Source: Okamejei kenojei
Taxonomy: Eukaryota
NCBI GenBank assembly: GCA_035221665.1
Contig: JAVHYY010000217.1
Location: 62,001-126,000 of the forward strand
Direction of reading: 5' to 3'
DNA length: 64,000 bases
Within the stretch, counting starts at the first letter, position 1; each line of letters begins with the position of its first letter. A program made the translations under genes and the position numbers. Positions 11,601-24,900 of the stretch are shown here, in pieces. The notes below the pieces were generated by a model. That model saw nothing but the letters and a program-made list of their open reading frames with translations, had not been told where the DNA came from and ran no database searches.

Positions 11601-14600
11601 GGGTTTTCTCAGAGATCTCCACACTCCATAGACGTGCAGGTTTGTTGGTTAATTGGCTGGGTATAAATGTAAATTGTCCATAATGTGTGTAGGATAGTGT
11701 TAGTATGCGGGGATCGCTGGTTGGCGCGGGCTCGGTGGGCCGAAGGGCCTGTTTCCGTGCTGTATCTCTGAACTAAAGTGAATGATAAACTGAAGGAGGT
11801 GAGGGCTGTGGGTGTTGATCAAAGTGACTGTTGGGTTTGTGATGCCTGTGAGTGATCCTGTCTCTGTCTGTCTCGTCAGGCATGCCCTTCAACCAGCTCG
11901 GGACCTTGGCTGGCAGCAAGTATTACAACGTGGACGCCACTTACTACTACCTCAGATGGTAGGTGCCACTGAGAGTTCAACGTTCTGTTGGCCTCTGGTG
12001 CGGTCACCGAGTGGTACAGCGTGGAAACAGGCCCTTCGGCCCAACCTGCCCATACTAACCTACGTGCCCCATCTACACTAGCCCCATCTCCCTGCATTTG
12101 GCCCATCTCCCTCCAAACTTGTACCTGTCTGCTGGAAACATGCACAGTGTTGGTGGACAGAGGAGAGGGAGCTTCACACTGTGGGGGGGGGCGGGGAGTG
12201 AGGGAGCTTCACTGGGTGAGGAGAGTGAGGGTGCAGGGTGCTATCGGGTGGGATGAGGAAGTGTTATTTGCCGCGTGTTCTCTGCGTGTTCACGTGTTCT
12301 CTGCTGCGTGTTCTCCGTGACCTATTGATGTGTCTTTGTCCACTGCCAGCATCCACTCTGAAATGCCTTTTGAAGGAGCGTATGGGAACCTGACGCGACT
12401 CTTTGACAAGGCGGCCAAGGCCTACCATCAGATCCGCAGAACAGACACAAAGAAACTGTCTGTGAGCAGACAAAGGTGAGCAGGTTGTTGCTGCCGCCAA
12501 CATTGTCCCCACCGCGACTGCACGGCGGTAGAGTTGCTGCCTCACCGCGCCAGAGATCTGGTAGACCCATGACTACCAGCGCCTTCTGTATGGAGTTTGT
12601 ACATCTTCCCTCCCGCCCTCCCTGTGCTCTGTTGCTGTAACCTTCACCTGTGCTTTTGTTTATCAGATCGAGAGACATCAAGCGTCTGTTGGTGAGTTTC
12701 ATGTACCTGCAGAGCCTGCTGCAGCCCAAGAACAGGTGAGCGTCCCGTGCCAGGGTTCCATCCTTACCCAGTGTGTATCGGGCAGCCTTGGCTTGTTGCT
12801 GTGTGTGAGGGTGTGATCTTTACCAGCCTGGGCTTACTGCTGTGTGTGAGGGTTTAATCCAGTGTTGAGGAACCTGCGGCCTTCTAGGCCATAAAGTGCG
12901 GCCTTTTGAATGAATACCAATTTTGTAGAACAAATCCTTTAATTTTTATTAATATGTTTTTGTTCCTCTTCTTATTTTTAATTTAATTTTAAAATGAACG
13001 TATTTAAAATACCAAAGAGCAAAAGAAGATTCAATGACATAATCCTCCCCGACAGACGACCACAATGAAAACATTAGTGAGTCATGAGGGCTATTTTAAC
13101 AAAATAATGTACATTTTGAAGTATACTAATTGAAGTTTCTTGGATGCGGTCTTGTTAGATTGCAGCTAACTTAATGCGGCATTCCAACATGAAAAGGTTC
13201 CCCACCCCTGGTTTGATCTTTACCCAGTGTGTATCGGGCAGCCTGGGCTTGTTGCTGTGTGTGAGGGTGTGATCTTTACCAGCCTGGGCTTGCTGTTATG
13301 TGTGGGGGTTTGATCTTTACCCAGTGTGTATCGGGCAGCCTGGGCTTGCTGCTGTGTGTGAGGCTGGGGCAGTGCTGCCAGGTTACTGGTGGGGGATGGC
13401 AGAATAGTTTTGTGCTGTCGCTCGAGGCGACCCACAGAGAGAGGAGAGTAACGTGAGCCGGTACTGTCTGCAGTTTCTGCTACAACAGGGAGTGTCCCAG
13501 GCCACATTGTTGAGCTTTGTGGGATCAGGTTACAGGGGGAGGATCGAGTCGCCTTGGTCTGCCGCCCAGACATGTTGGATCGAGCAAACTGTAGGAAGGA
13601 TACAACTATCTTGCCCAGAGTAGGGGAATCGAGGACCAGAGGACATGGGTCCAAGGTGAAGGGGAAAAGATTTAATAGGAATTTAAGGGGCAGCATTTGA
13701 GAGTGGTGGGTGTATGGAACAAGTGGAGGTAGTTGAGGCAGGGACTATCCCAACATTTAAGAAACAGTTAGACATGTACATGGATAGGACAGGTTTGGAG
13801 GGATATGGACCAACCACAGACAGGTGGGACTAGAGTAGCTGGGACATGTTGGGCCGAAGGGCCTGTTTCCACACTATCACTCTATGACAATGATTCGAAC
13901 TGCAGAGACCCGGGTTCGATCCCTGCTACGGGTGCTGTCTGCACGGAGTTTGCACGTTCTCCCTGTAACCTGCGTGGGTTTTCTCCGAGACCTTCCGTTT
14001 CCTCCCACACTCCAAAGACATGCAGTTTTGTAAATGAATTGGCTTGGTTATACAAGTAAAACTGTCCCTAGGGTGCTGTCTCTGGTCGGTACGGACTCAG
14101 TGGTCGAAGGGCGTGTTTCCGCGTTGCATCTCTAAACTAAACTAAACTAACAATAAATGTTTAGGGTCATGAAGGCATTCACCAGGGAAACAGGCCATTT
14201 GTCCTAAATCCCTCCAAACCTTTTCCATCCATGTATCTGTCCAAGTCTTTTAAATGCTGTAACTGTACCTGTCTCTACGGCATGGTGGCGCAGCGGGTAG
14301 AGCTGCTGCCTCGCAGCGCCAGAGACCCGGGTTCCATCCTGACCACGGGTGCTGTCTGTACGGAGTTTGTACGCTCTCCCTTTGACCACGTGGGTTTTCT
14401 CCAGGTGCTCCGATCTCCTCCCACACTCCATAGACGTACAGGCTTGCAATTTGCTTTGGTAAAGGGATTGTAAATTGTCCCTAGTGTGTAGGATAGTGCC
14501 AGTGTGCAGGGATCGCTGGTTGGCGCGGAGTCGATGGGCCGAAGGGCATGTTTTCGTGATGCAGCTCATTTTCTGTAGGTACCACCCAGCAGAGGAGGGC

Positions 14601-17600
14601 TCTACCCAAGCGACTGCCTGCCTCTTTTCCGGGGTTACATCCTTGGCCGAATGTCCCTTGAGATGGAGTACGGGCACTGTGGAGGGGATCCGGGACCGCT
14701 GGGCACCGTGGGGGATGGAATCTATCCTGGGTCAGGGTTGTAATATAGTAGACGGACGCTCAGTGCTGCAGTAACTCAGCGGGACAGGCAACATTTCCAG
14801 AGAGAAGGAATTTCTTCTTCAGACCTGAAACGCCGACCATTCCTTCTCTCCAGAGTTGCTGCCTGACCCACTGAGTTACTCCAGCATTCTGTGTTTATCT
14901 TTGGTATAAACCAGCGTCTGCAGTTCCTTCAGCACATTCTAACATGGTGGTTTGACGTTTAGTTGCAAGAATACTTGGCGATTTTGGTGTTGTGGTGAGG
15001 GTGGTTTTATTACTCGTGGTGAAAGTCATTGAATATAAATGTAATTCTGTAATAAAGGGGGCCGGTGATTGGCACGAGTTGTGACCTGGTGGCCCTGAAT
15101 CTTGCCGCACCTTCTCTCCTCAGCACATCGGAGGTGGAGGTGACATCAATCTGCCAATCTGTGCTGGAGGATTTCAACCTGTGCCTCTTCTACCTGCCGT
15201 CCTCTGTCGGCCAGAGTGGCTGCAGCGAGGAGGAGGAGGAATATGAGCGAGGATTCGCATTCTTGCCCGACCTGCTGGTCTTCCACATGCTCCTCATCTG
15301 CCTCATGAGCGTGCACAGCCTCAAGAAGACCGTAGGGGGCGCTCCTGGCGTGGGGGGGGGTGAGGGGTTTGTGGGTGGGGGGGGTGGTTAGAGGGAGGGG
15401 GGGGTTTACCCAGTGTCGAGATGAGGGTGGGGGGGATGGGGTGAGGCTGGGTGGGGGTGGGTTAGGGTGAGGGTTGGGGTGAGGGTTGGGGTAGGTTGGG
15501 ATTGGGGTGAGGGTCTTTACCTGGTACTGGTGCCCCACTGACCACTCTGCTGTGCAGGTATGAAGCAGTACAGCGCGGCCATCGCCTTCACCCTGGCCCT
15601 CTTCTCCCACCTGGTCAATCACGTCAACATACGCCTACAGGCCGAGCTGGAGGAAGGAGAGAACACCGTGCCCACCCTGCAGCCCGAGCCCCCAGGTACG
15701 AGCGAGCCCCCCTGCCCTCACCTCGCCATGTGTCCCCCCCACCCACCCCCACCCTGACCACCCTCCCCCCCAACCCCACTCTGACCACCCTCCCCCGCAA
15801 CCTCACATCCCCCCAACCCCACACCCTGACCCCTCCCCATCTCCCCACCCTGACCACCCTCCCCCCCCCAAACCTCACCCCCCCTGACCCCTCCCCATCT
15901 CCCCACCCTGACAACCCCCCCCCAAACCTCACCCCCCCAACCCCACCCTGACCCCTTCCCATCTCCCCCCCCGACCCCCTCCCCATCTCCCCACCCTCAC
16001 CCCCTCCCCATCTCCCCACCCTGACCCCCTCCCCATCTTCACACCCTGACCACCGTCCCCCCACAAACTTCACACCCCGCCAACCCCACCCTGATCCCCT
16101 CCCCCACCCACCCTGACAACCCTCCCCCCCAACCCTCACTCAACCCTGACCCCTCCCCATCTCCCCCCCTGACCACCCTCCCCCCCCCCCAAAACCCCAA
16201 CCCCACCCAGACCCCCCTCCCCATCTCCCCCACCGTGACCACCCTGCCACCCCCAAACCTCACCCCCCCCCAACCCCACCCTGGCCCCTACCCCACTACC
16301 ATATGAAGCAGTACAGCGCGACCATCGCCTTCACCCTGGCCCTCTTCTCCCACCTGGTCAATCACTTCAACATACGCCTACAGCCGAGCTGGAGGAAGGA
16401 GAGAACACCGTACCCACCCTGCAGCCCCAACCCCCAGGTACGAGCCCCCCACCCCTGACCCCCTCCCCTCACCCCCCCCCTCCACCCCATCACCACCCAC
16501 CCTGCAAATTGAAGTCCCAGATAACTCGCCCCCCCCCCCACCTATACCACATGCAGTGTGGGGGGGGTTAATCAGCTGACGTTGGCTGTGCCCCCCATGT
16601 TGTTGTGTCTACCCCGTGATGTAGATGCTGATATCTAACCTTGTCTCCCCCAGACGAGCCGGAGAGCCCGGCCCTTCCCCCGCGGGCCCCTGATCCGGAG
16701 GGTCCGGAAGGTCCAGCGAGCCGGCTGGCGAACGGTGCCGCAGGGGTCGGCAAGGGCCGGGGCAAGAAGTACCCACGTCTGTGCCAGCTCCGGCGGCGAA
16801 GGCAGCGCCAGCGGGGGGAGGAGAGTGATCTGAGCGAGGGCTTTGACTCGGACCCCAGCGAGGACTCTGCCAAGGACAGCGAGGGGTCCGACTCGGGCTC
16901 GGAGCCCAGTGAGGAGGAGGAACAGGCTGCCTTCGACATGGAGTCAGACTCCGACATGAACAGCCAGGAGTCTCGGTCCGATCTGGGCGACATCGAGGAG
17001 GAGCCGGGGCCGGTGCCGGTGCCTGGGCCCACTGAGGGAGGGGCTCCGACACAAGGGGGGCCCCAGGACACCGGCCCTGACCCCCCCTCCAACGGCCCCG
17101 GTCCCCCCAACGACCCTGCCATCGCCAGCAACCTGCAGGCCCTCTCCTCACAGATGTTCCAGCCCAAGAGATGCTTCCGCTTGGCCCCCACCTTCAGTAA
17201 CGTCCTGGTCAGAGCCCCCACCGAACAGCCGGCCCCCTCCACACCCGGGCAGCACGACAGGCCGTGTGTGAACGGGCTGGAGCAGGGGCCCGGCCCCACC
17301 GAGCACGGTACGGGGGGAGGGGGGAGACACACAGTCACCGGGCTGCCGCAGGGGTTCCTGTTGCGTATGGGTGCGGGTGTGCCTGTGATACTGTTGTTAC
17401 CTGTATCTGTATTCCGTGCGCGTGTGTGTTTGTGCAGGTGTGCCTGCATGTGAGCGTGTGCGTGCTAGCGTGTGCGTGCTAGCGTGTGCGTGCTAGCGTG
17501 TGCGTGCTAGCGTGTGCGTGATGCTGTTCTACCTGCACCTCATCTGTACCTGCTCATCTCCGTGTCGCCGTACGTGCCCAAGCTCTTACTTCTGTGCTGC

Positions 17601-18879
17601 GCGGCCCCGCGGTCGGTCCCTGGTCAGTTATTGGTCGATCGGTCCCTGGTCGGGTTCCCGGTCAGTTATTGGTCGGTCGGTTGCTGGTCGGGTCCCCGGT
17701 CCGGCCCCGGTCAGTCCCTGGTTGGTCGGTCCTGGTTAGTCCCTGGTCCGTCCCCGGTCAGTTCCCGGTCGGTCCCTGGTCAGTTATTGGTCGATCGGTC
17801 CCTGGTCGGGTCCCCAGTCAGTCCCTGGTCGGGTCCCCGGTCGGTCGGTCCCCGGTCGGTCAGTCCCTGGTCCGTCCCCGGTCAATCCCTGGTCGGTCGG
17901 TCCCCGGTCGGTCGGTCCCCGGTCCGTCCCCGGTCGATCCTGGCTGACGTGTGCCTCCCACAGACGGTGGCTCCGACTCGGAAGCGAGTGAGAGCAGCAA
18001 CAAGTCGGTGCACAAGGAGAAGAGTGCGCTGGAGAAGCTGCACGTCCTCGCCAGTGAGGGGCTTCTCACCACCGTCAAAGTCTTCCTGGACTGGCTACGT
18101 ACCAACACCGACATCATCCTCATGTGTGCGCAGGTGAGACCTCCCCTCACACACCCCGACCCTCGCACCCCCTCACACAACCCCTACCCCCCCAAACCCC
18201 TAACCCCATCCCCCCCCTCACACACACCGACCCCCCCCACACCCCCAAAATCCCCCCACACCCATCCCCCCCGTCACACACTCCCGACCCCCTCACACAA
18301 CCACCACCCCCCCAATCCCCCCACACCCGTTCCCCCTCAACCCCCCACCCCCAAACTTTGCCCCCACCCCTGCTCCCCCTCACACACCCCCCCAATTCCA
18401 TCCTCTGTCCCTCCCCTTCACACGCCCCCGATCACCACCCACACCCCAAACCCCCGCTTCACCCACCCCCAGGCTCCCCCCGCCACACCCCCCACTGTGT
18501 GGACCAACACGGACATTATCTTCGTGTGCACAGGCGTCAGACACCCCCCCCCATCTCTATCACCGCCCCGTCCCGGCGGTCTGGGTGGTGTGGGGGTCCG
18601 GACGGTGTGGGGGTCTGGGCGGTGGGGTGGGGGTCCGGGCAGCATGGGGGTCCGGGCAGCGTGGGGGTCCAGCACGCTCTCTCACTGTCCCATCTCTTTT
18701 GCAGAGCTCGCAGAGTCTGTGGAACCGCCTGTCGGTGCTGCTCAACATGTTGCCCGAAGGACGCAAACTGAGAGACGCAGGTGGGTGGGTGAGATGCAGG
18801 GGAGTGGGGGGTGGGGTTGTGACTAGACCGGCCGTGGTGGGGATGGGAATGCAGGGTCACAGCCCTCTCCCCCTCTCTA

Positions 18880-18922
<43 letters not shown>

Positions 18923-21900
18923 CCCCCCCCCCCTCTCTCTCTCTCTCCCCCCCTGTGTTGCCGATGTACTGAGCGTGGCCCTTGCCTGCCTGTTCTCTCT
19001 CCCTGTGCCAGGAGTGTGTGTGTGTGAGGGAGTGAGCCAGCAGCTTGTCCTGAGTGAAGATGCTGACTGGTCCCAGACGTTGCCGTTACCGGAGGACGTG
19101 TCCCTGCGGCACCTCCCTGTGCTGCGGGCTCTGCACCGCAAACTGCCGACCGGCGGCACTGAGCTGCCGTCCAGCACGCTGGAGGAGGTGAGCGGTCGGG
19201 AACGCCGTGAATGTCGGCACGTGGGGAAGGAGTGGGGGGGATGGGGGAGGAGCAGGGGGCACGATCCTGGAACACCCCCCCCAAACTGGGAGCTCCTTCA
19301 TTGGGATCATAGGGAATGCCGGCACATCGGGCAGCAGCTGCGGGGAGAGGGGCTGGGGGGAGTTTCACACACACGGCCCCTGCACTCCAACTCCCCCGCA
19401 CAGTCACACTGGAGGGAGAGGAGAGGCGTGGTGGGGGGGTGGGCAGGACCCTGGAACTCTTCTCCCCCCCCCCCCCCCCCCCCACACCCGCACTGGGACC
19501 CCCCACGCCGGTATCCATGAGGGCAGTGCGACAGGACCACCAACACCAAAGACACGGGGATGTGGGGGTCCGGGGGGGGGGGGGGTAGTCGGCGCTGCCT
19601 CTGGGGCGTCATGGTGTGCGGCGGCTCTCTCCAGCTGAACCCCCTGTCTCTCCCCCCCCCCCCCCCCATTCCCCTCTCCCCTCTCTCCCCAACCCCCCAC
19701 TCTCCCTCCCTCTCCCCCACTCCCCCTCTCTCGCCCCCTGCAGTCCATGGTGCGTATCTGTTGTATCCGGAGTTTCGGTCACTTCCTGACCCGACTGCAG
19801 AAGAAGGTTCTTCAGTTCAACCAGCAGCTGGGGATCTTCATCAGTGTTAACCCCAGCGATGAGGAAACCCTGCTGGAGCAGACCCAGGCCCAGCACCAGC
19901 TCCGCATGGTGAGACCCCTCCCCATATCCCCCGACCCCGACCCCTCCTCCCCACCACCGTCTCAACTCCGCATGGTGAGACCCCTCCGCACATCCCCCTC
20001 CCCCATAACCCCCCCACATCCTGTTTCTCCCCACCATCCGTCCCCTCTACCCCCTACGTCACTGCGTTTCTCGCATGCGTTGCTGCTCCTGCATTACTGC
20101 AGCTCCCTATGCTTTAACCCTAGGCTGAGGAAGAGGCTCGCAGGAACCGGCTGATGCGGGACATGGCGCAGCTCCGGCTGCAGGTGGGTGGGGCGAGGCA
20201 CAGGGTGGGTGGGGCGAGCACAGGGTGGGTGGGGGGGCCAGAGGGTGGGTGGGGGGGCCAGAGGGTGGGTGGGGGGCCAGAGGGTGGGTGGGGGGGCACA
20301 GGCTGGGTGCGACGAGGCACAGGGTGGGAGGGGGGGGGCAGGGTGGGTGGGGGGGCCACAGGGTGGGTGGGGGGGCCACAGGGTGGGTGGGGGGGGGCAC
20401 AGGTGGGTGGGTGCGAGGCACAGGGTGGGTGCGACGAGGCACAGGGTGGGAGGGGGGGGGCAGGGTGGGGGGGGCACAGGGTGGGTGCGGCGAGGCACAG
20501 GGTGGGGGGTGGGCACAGGGTGGGTGGGGGGAGCACGGGGGGGGGGCACAGGGTGGGTGGGGGGAGCACGGGGGGGGCACAGGGTGGGTGGGGGAGCACA
20601 GGGTGGGAGGGGGGTTACAGTCAAGTCCAGTCCAGTTTATTTGGCACATACACGTACGAGCTGTGCAGTGGCTAATGCTCGCGGCCTTGTGCAAAAAAAA
20701 CAAACCAACAAACAACCAAACACACTACAAACAGAATGGAACAGAATCACATATTCTTTTACATATTAAATATTGTGGCTGGAAGGAAAAAGGGAAAAAA
20801 AACCCCAAAAAAGCAGTAGCGTGGTTCAGTAAAGTTAGTCCCTGGTGAGATAGGAGTTTACAGTCCTAATGGCCTCTGGGAAGAAACTCCTTCTCATCCT
20901 CTCCGTTCTCACAGCATGGCAACGGAGGCGTTTGCCTGACCGTAGCAGCTGGAACAGTCCGTTGCTGGGGTGGAAGGGGTCTCCCATGATATTATTGGCT
21001 CTGGAGTTGCACTTCCTGACGTATAGTTCCTGCAGAGGGTCGAGTGAAGTTCCCATGGTGCGTTCGGCCGAACACACTACGCTCTGCAGGGTGGGGGGGG
21101 GGGGGGGGGGCGCAGGGTGGGTGCGGTGGGGCTACAGGGTGGGAACCCAGCGGGGGCCCCAGTGCACAGACCCTGTGGTGGGTGCCCTGTGGACAGACCC
21201 TGCTCTGGGTGAGGGGGAGCAGACGGTGCGGCCGTAGTGCCCGTGACCGCCAGCAGGGAGCAGCCCTGAGGCACGGCGGTGGGATCCGTGTTCCATCTCC
21301 CACGGTTCACCGGCACCAAGAACACGTGTCCAGGACACGCCAGCCCCCACGTGTGACGTGATGCCCTGTGAAACACTGTGAGCGTGTGACGTGATCCCGT
21401 GTGTGTGTAAATTGAGTTTATGTCATGGTGGAGTTACTCTGCAGTGAGGTCTTAATAATTTGGATTGTTTTTTGCTCCTCTGTCCCTGCACTTTCATCGT
21501 CCCCCCCCCCCCCCCCACTCCCCCAGCTGGAGGTGTCGCAGTTGGAGGGCAGCCTGCAACAGCCCAAGAGCCAGTCCACCTTGTCCCCATACCTCATCCC
21601 CAACACACAGGCCATCTGTCAGCAGCTGCCCAACATCCGGCACCTGGCCAGCAGCAGCCGCTTCATCATCATCATCCCCCGCACAGGTGGGTCCCCCATC
21701 CACCCTCCCCCTCCCCCTCCCCTCCACCAATCCACCCCCATCCATCCCCCCCATCCACCCTCCCCCTCCCCCCCCTCTCAATCCACCCCCATCCATCCCC
21801 CCCATCCACCCTCCCCCTCCCCCCCCCTCTCAATCCACCCCCATCCATCCCCCCATCCACCCTCCCCCTCCCCCCCCTCAATCCACCCCCATCCATCCCC

Positions 21901-24900
21901 CCCATCCACCCTCCCCCTCCCCCCCCCTCAATCCACCCCCATCCATCCCCCCCATCCACCCTCCCCCAATCCACCCTCCCCCTCCTCTCCTCATCCCAGC
22001 CTCCCCCTTCCACCCTCCCTCCCCATCCGAGTTCAAGAAAGTGTGTCTGACTGTGGGTGTGGAGGAGGGGGTCAGAGAGTGGAGTGGGGGGGGGGGTCTG
22101 ACTGGTGCAGGAGGGTGAGCTTGTGGGATGGGGGTGGGTGTGGGGGGGGTGAGAGAGTGGGGGGGGTCTGACTTGGTGTGGGAGGTTGGGTGAGTGTGTG
22201 GGCTGGGGGTGGTGCGGGGGGGGGGGGGGCGGTGAGAGGGTGGGGTGGGTCTGACTTGGTGTGGGAGGTTGGGTGAGTGTGTGGGCTGGGTGGGTGCCGT
22301 GGGGGGGAGGGGTGAGAGGGTGGGGTGGGTCTGACTTGGTGCGGGAGGGAGGGTGAGTGTGTGGGCTGGGGTGGGTGCCATGGGGGGGGTGAGAGGGACT
22401 GGCCATTCACTGCTCCTCTCCCCCTCGCAGTGATCGATGGGCTGGATTTCCTCAAGAAGGAAAACTCGGGCGCGCGGGACGCCATCCGGTTCCTGGAGTC
22501 CGAGTTCAAGAAGGGCAACCGGTACGGAGCGGCGTCGCAGTCCCACCTGCCCGCGTTTGGCCCATATCCCTCCAAACCTGTCCTATCCATGTACCTGTCT
22601 AACTGTTTCTTAAATGTTGGGATAGTCCCTGCCTCAACTACCTCCTCTGCAGCTGGTTCCATACACCCACCAACCTCTGTGTGAAAAGGTTACCCCTCAG
22701 ATTCCTATTAAATATTTTCCCCTTCACCTTGAATCTATGTCCTCTGGCCCCCGGTTCCCCTACTCTGGGCAAAAGACTCTGAGCATCTACCCGATCTATT
22801 CCTCTCGTGATTTTATACACCTCTGTAAGATCGCCATCATCCTCCTGCGCTCCGTGGAATAGAGACCCAGCCTACTCAACCTCTCCCTGTAGCTCACACC
22901 CTCTAGTCCCGGCAACGTCCTCGTAAACTTTTCTGAACCCTTTCAAGCTTGTCAACATCTTTCCTATAACATGGTGCCCAGAACAATAGTCTAAATGCGG
23001 TCCACCAACGTCTTACAACTGCAGCACCACCTCCCAACTTCTATACTCATTGCTCTGACTGAAGAAGGCCAAAGTGCCAAAAGCCTTATCTACCTGCGAC
23101 TCGACCTTCATGGAACCATGCACCTGTACCCCTAGATCGCTCTGCTCTAGAACACTACCCAGAGGCCGACCATTCACTGTGTAGGTCCTGCCCTTCTTCG
23201 ATGTCCCAAAATGCAACACCTCGCCCTTCTCTATTAAATTCCATCAACCATTCCTCCACCCACCTGGCCAATCGATCCAGATCCTGCTGCAATCGTTCAC
23301 AACCATCTTCACTATCTGCAAAGCCGCTCACTTTTGCCGGGTGACCCTCTGCGGATTGAGACGGGGGAGGTGAAGATGGAGGGGGGGGTGAGGGATGCGT
23401 GTGAGTGTGGACTGACAGCCGGGTCTCTGTGGCAGGTACATCCGTTGCCAGCGCGAAACTGGCCGCTCTGTGGACAGACACAAGCTGAAGCGACACGACC
23501 TGGACGCCTGGTAATGCAGCAAGCCGCCCCTCCCTCCGTACAGGCCGGGCGGGGTGTGACGGGGCGGGCGGGACAATCTCCACATGGCTTGGGGGAGAGC
23601 TTGCAAACTCTGCAAGGCCAGTCCCAAGGGTTGTCTGGGCCTGATGTGTGGGGGGGGGTGTCAGAAGGGGATGTGTGGGTGTTGGGGGGTGGGGGGGTGT
23701 CAGAAGGGGGTGTGGGCCCGGTGTGAGGGGAGGGATAGCGAGAGGTGTGTGAGGGACAGAGAGGGGGTGTGGCCTGGTGTTGGGGGGGGGGGGGATGTAA
23801 GGGGGGAGTGGTGTGTGGCCTTGAGCGGGTGGGGGAGTCAGAAGGGGGTATGGGAGGGGGGAGGGGTGTGTGGGCCTGGTATGAAGGGGGGGGGCAGAAG
23901 TGGGTGTGGGTCCGGTGTGTAACCTGCTCTCCCCCACACAGGCACTTTTACAAGATCCTGGACAGCTGCAAGCAGCTGACGGTGTCCCAGGGCAGTGGGG
24001 AGGAGGAGGTGGCCGGAATGGTGACCATCCTGACAGACTTCTCCCCGGATGATCCCAGCACTCTCTCCAGTAACGTGCAGGTAAGCTGCAATCCCCCCCC
24101 TCCGTGGTCGGGATCGAACCTGGGTCTCTGGCGCTGTGAGGCAGAGACCCAGCTCTACCCGCTGCCCAAATGGTGGAGAGGGAGGGGCTGAGGGATGGGA
24201 AGTTCTATGTGGGAGTAACTGAATATTGTCTAGCAACCTCCCCCCCGGGACTCCAGTCGGTCCTTCAGCCAGCACAGTCATTCAATGTGATCATGGCTGA
24301 TCATCCACAATCAGTGCCTCGTTCCTGCTTTCTCCCCATATCCCTTGATTCCTTTAGCCCTAAAAGCTCAATCTAACTCTTGAAAACATCCAGTGAACCG
24401 GCCTCCACTGCCTTCTGTGGCAGAGAATTCCACTGATTCGCAACTCTCTGGGTGAAAAGGGTTTTCCTCATCTCTGTTCTAAATGGTCGACCCCTTATTC
24501 TGTGTGACCCCTGGATCTGGGCTCCTCCACCATCAGGACCATTTTTCCTGCATCTAGTCTGTCCAATCCCTTAAGAATGTTATATGTCTCTATAAGATCC
24601 CCTCTCGTCCTTCTAAATTCCAGTGAATACAACCCAATCGACCCATTGGATGATGGCTGATCTATCTCTCCCCCCCCAACCCCATTGGAGTCATAGAGTG
24701 ATACAGCTTGGGAACAGGCCCTTCAGCCCAACTCGCCCACACTGGGGTCAACATGTCCCATCTACCCTCTTCCCACCTGCCTGCGTTTGGTCCATATCCC
24801 TCCAAACCTGTCCTATCCATGTACCTGTCTAACTGTTACTTAAACGATGGGATAGTCCCAGCCTCAACTACCTCCTCTGGCAGCTGGTTCCATACACCCA

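Noticed and set aside
15329-15560. Phase mismatch between SMG5 exon 10 (ACC|GTAGGG, phase 0) and exon 11 (CAG|GT ATG, phase 1), suggesting a pseudogene
   Set aside because: One missing G (ACCG|GTAGGG) restores the conserved G-x-KQY junction and the other junctions are intact. A consensus error is most likely.
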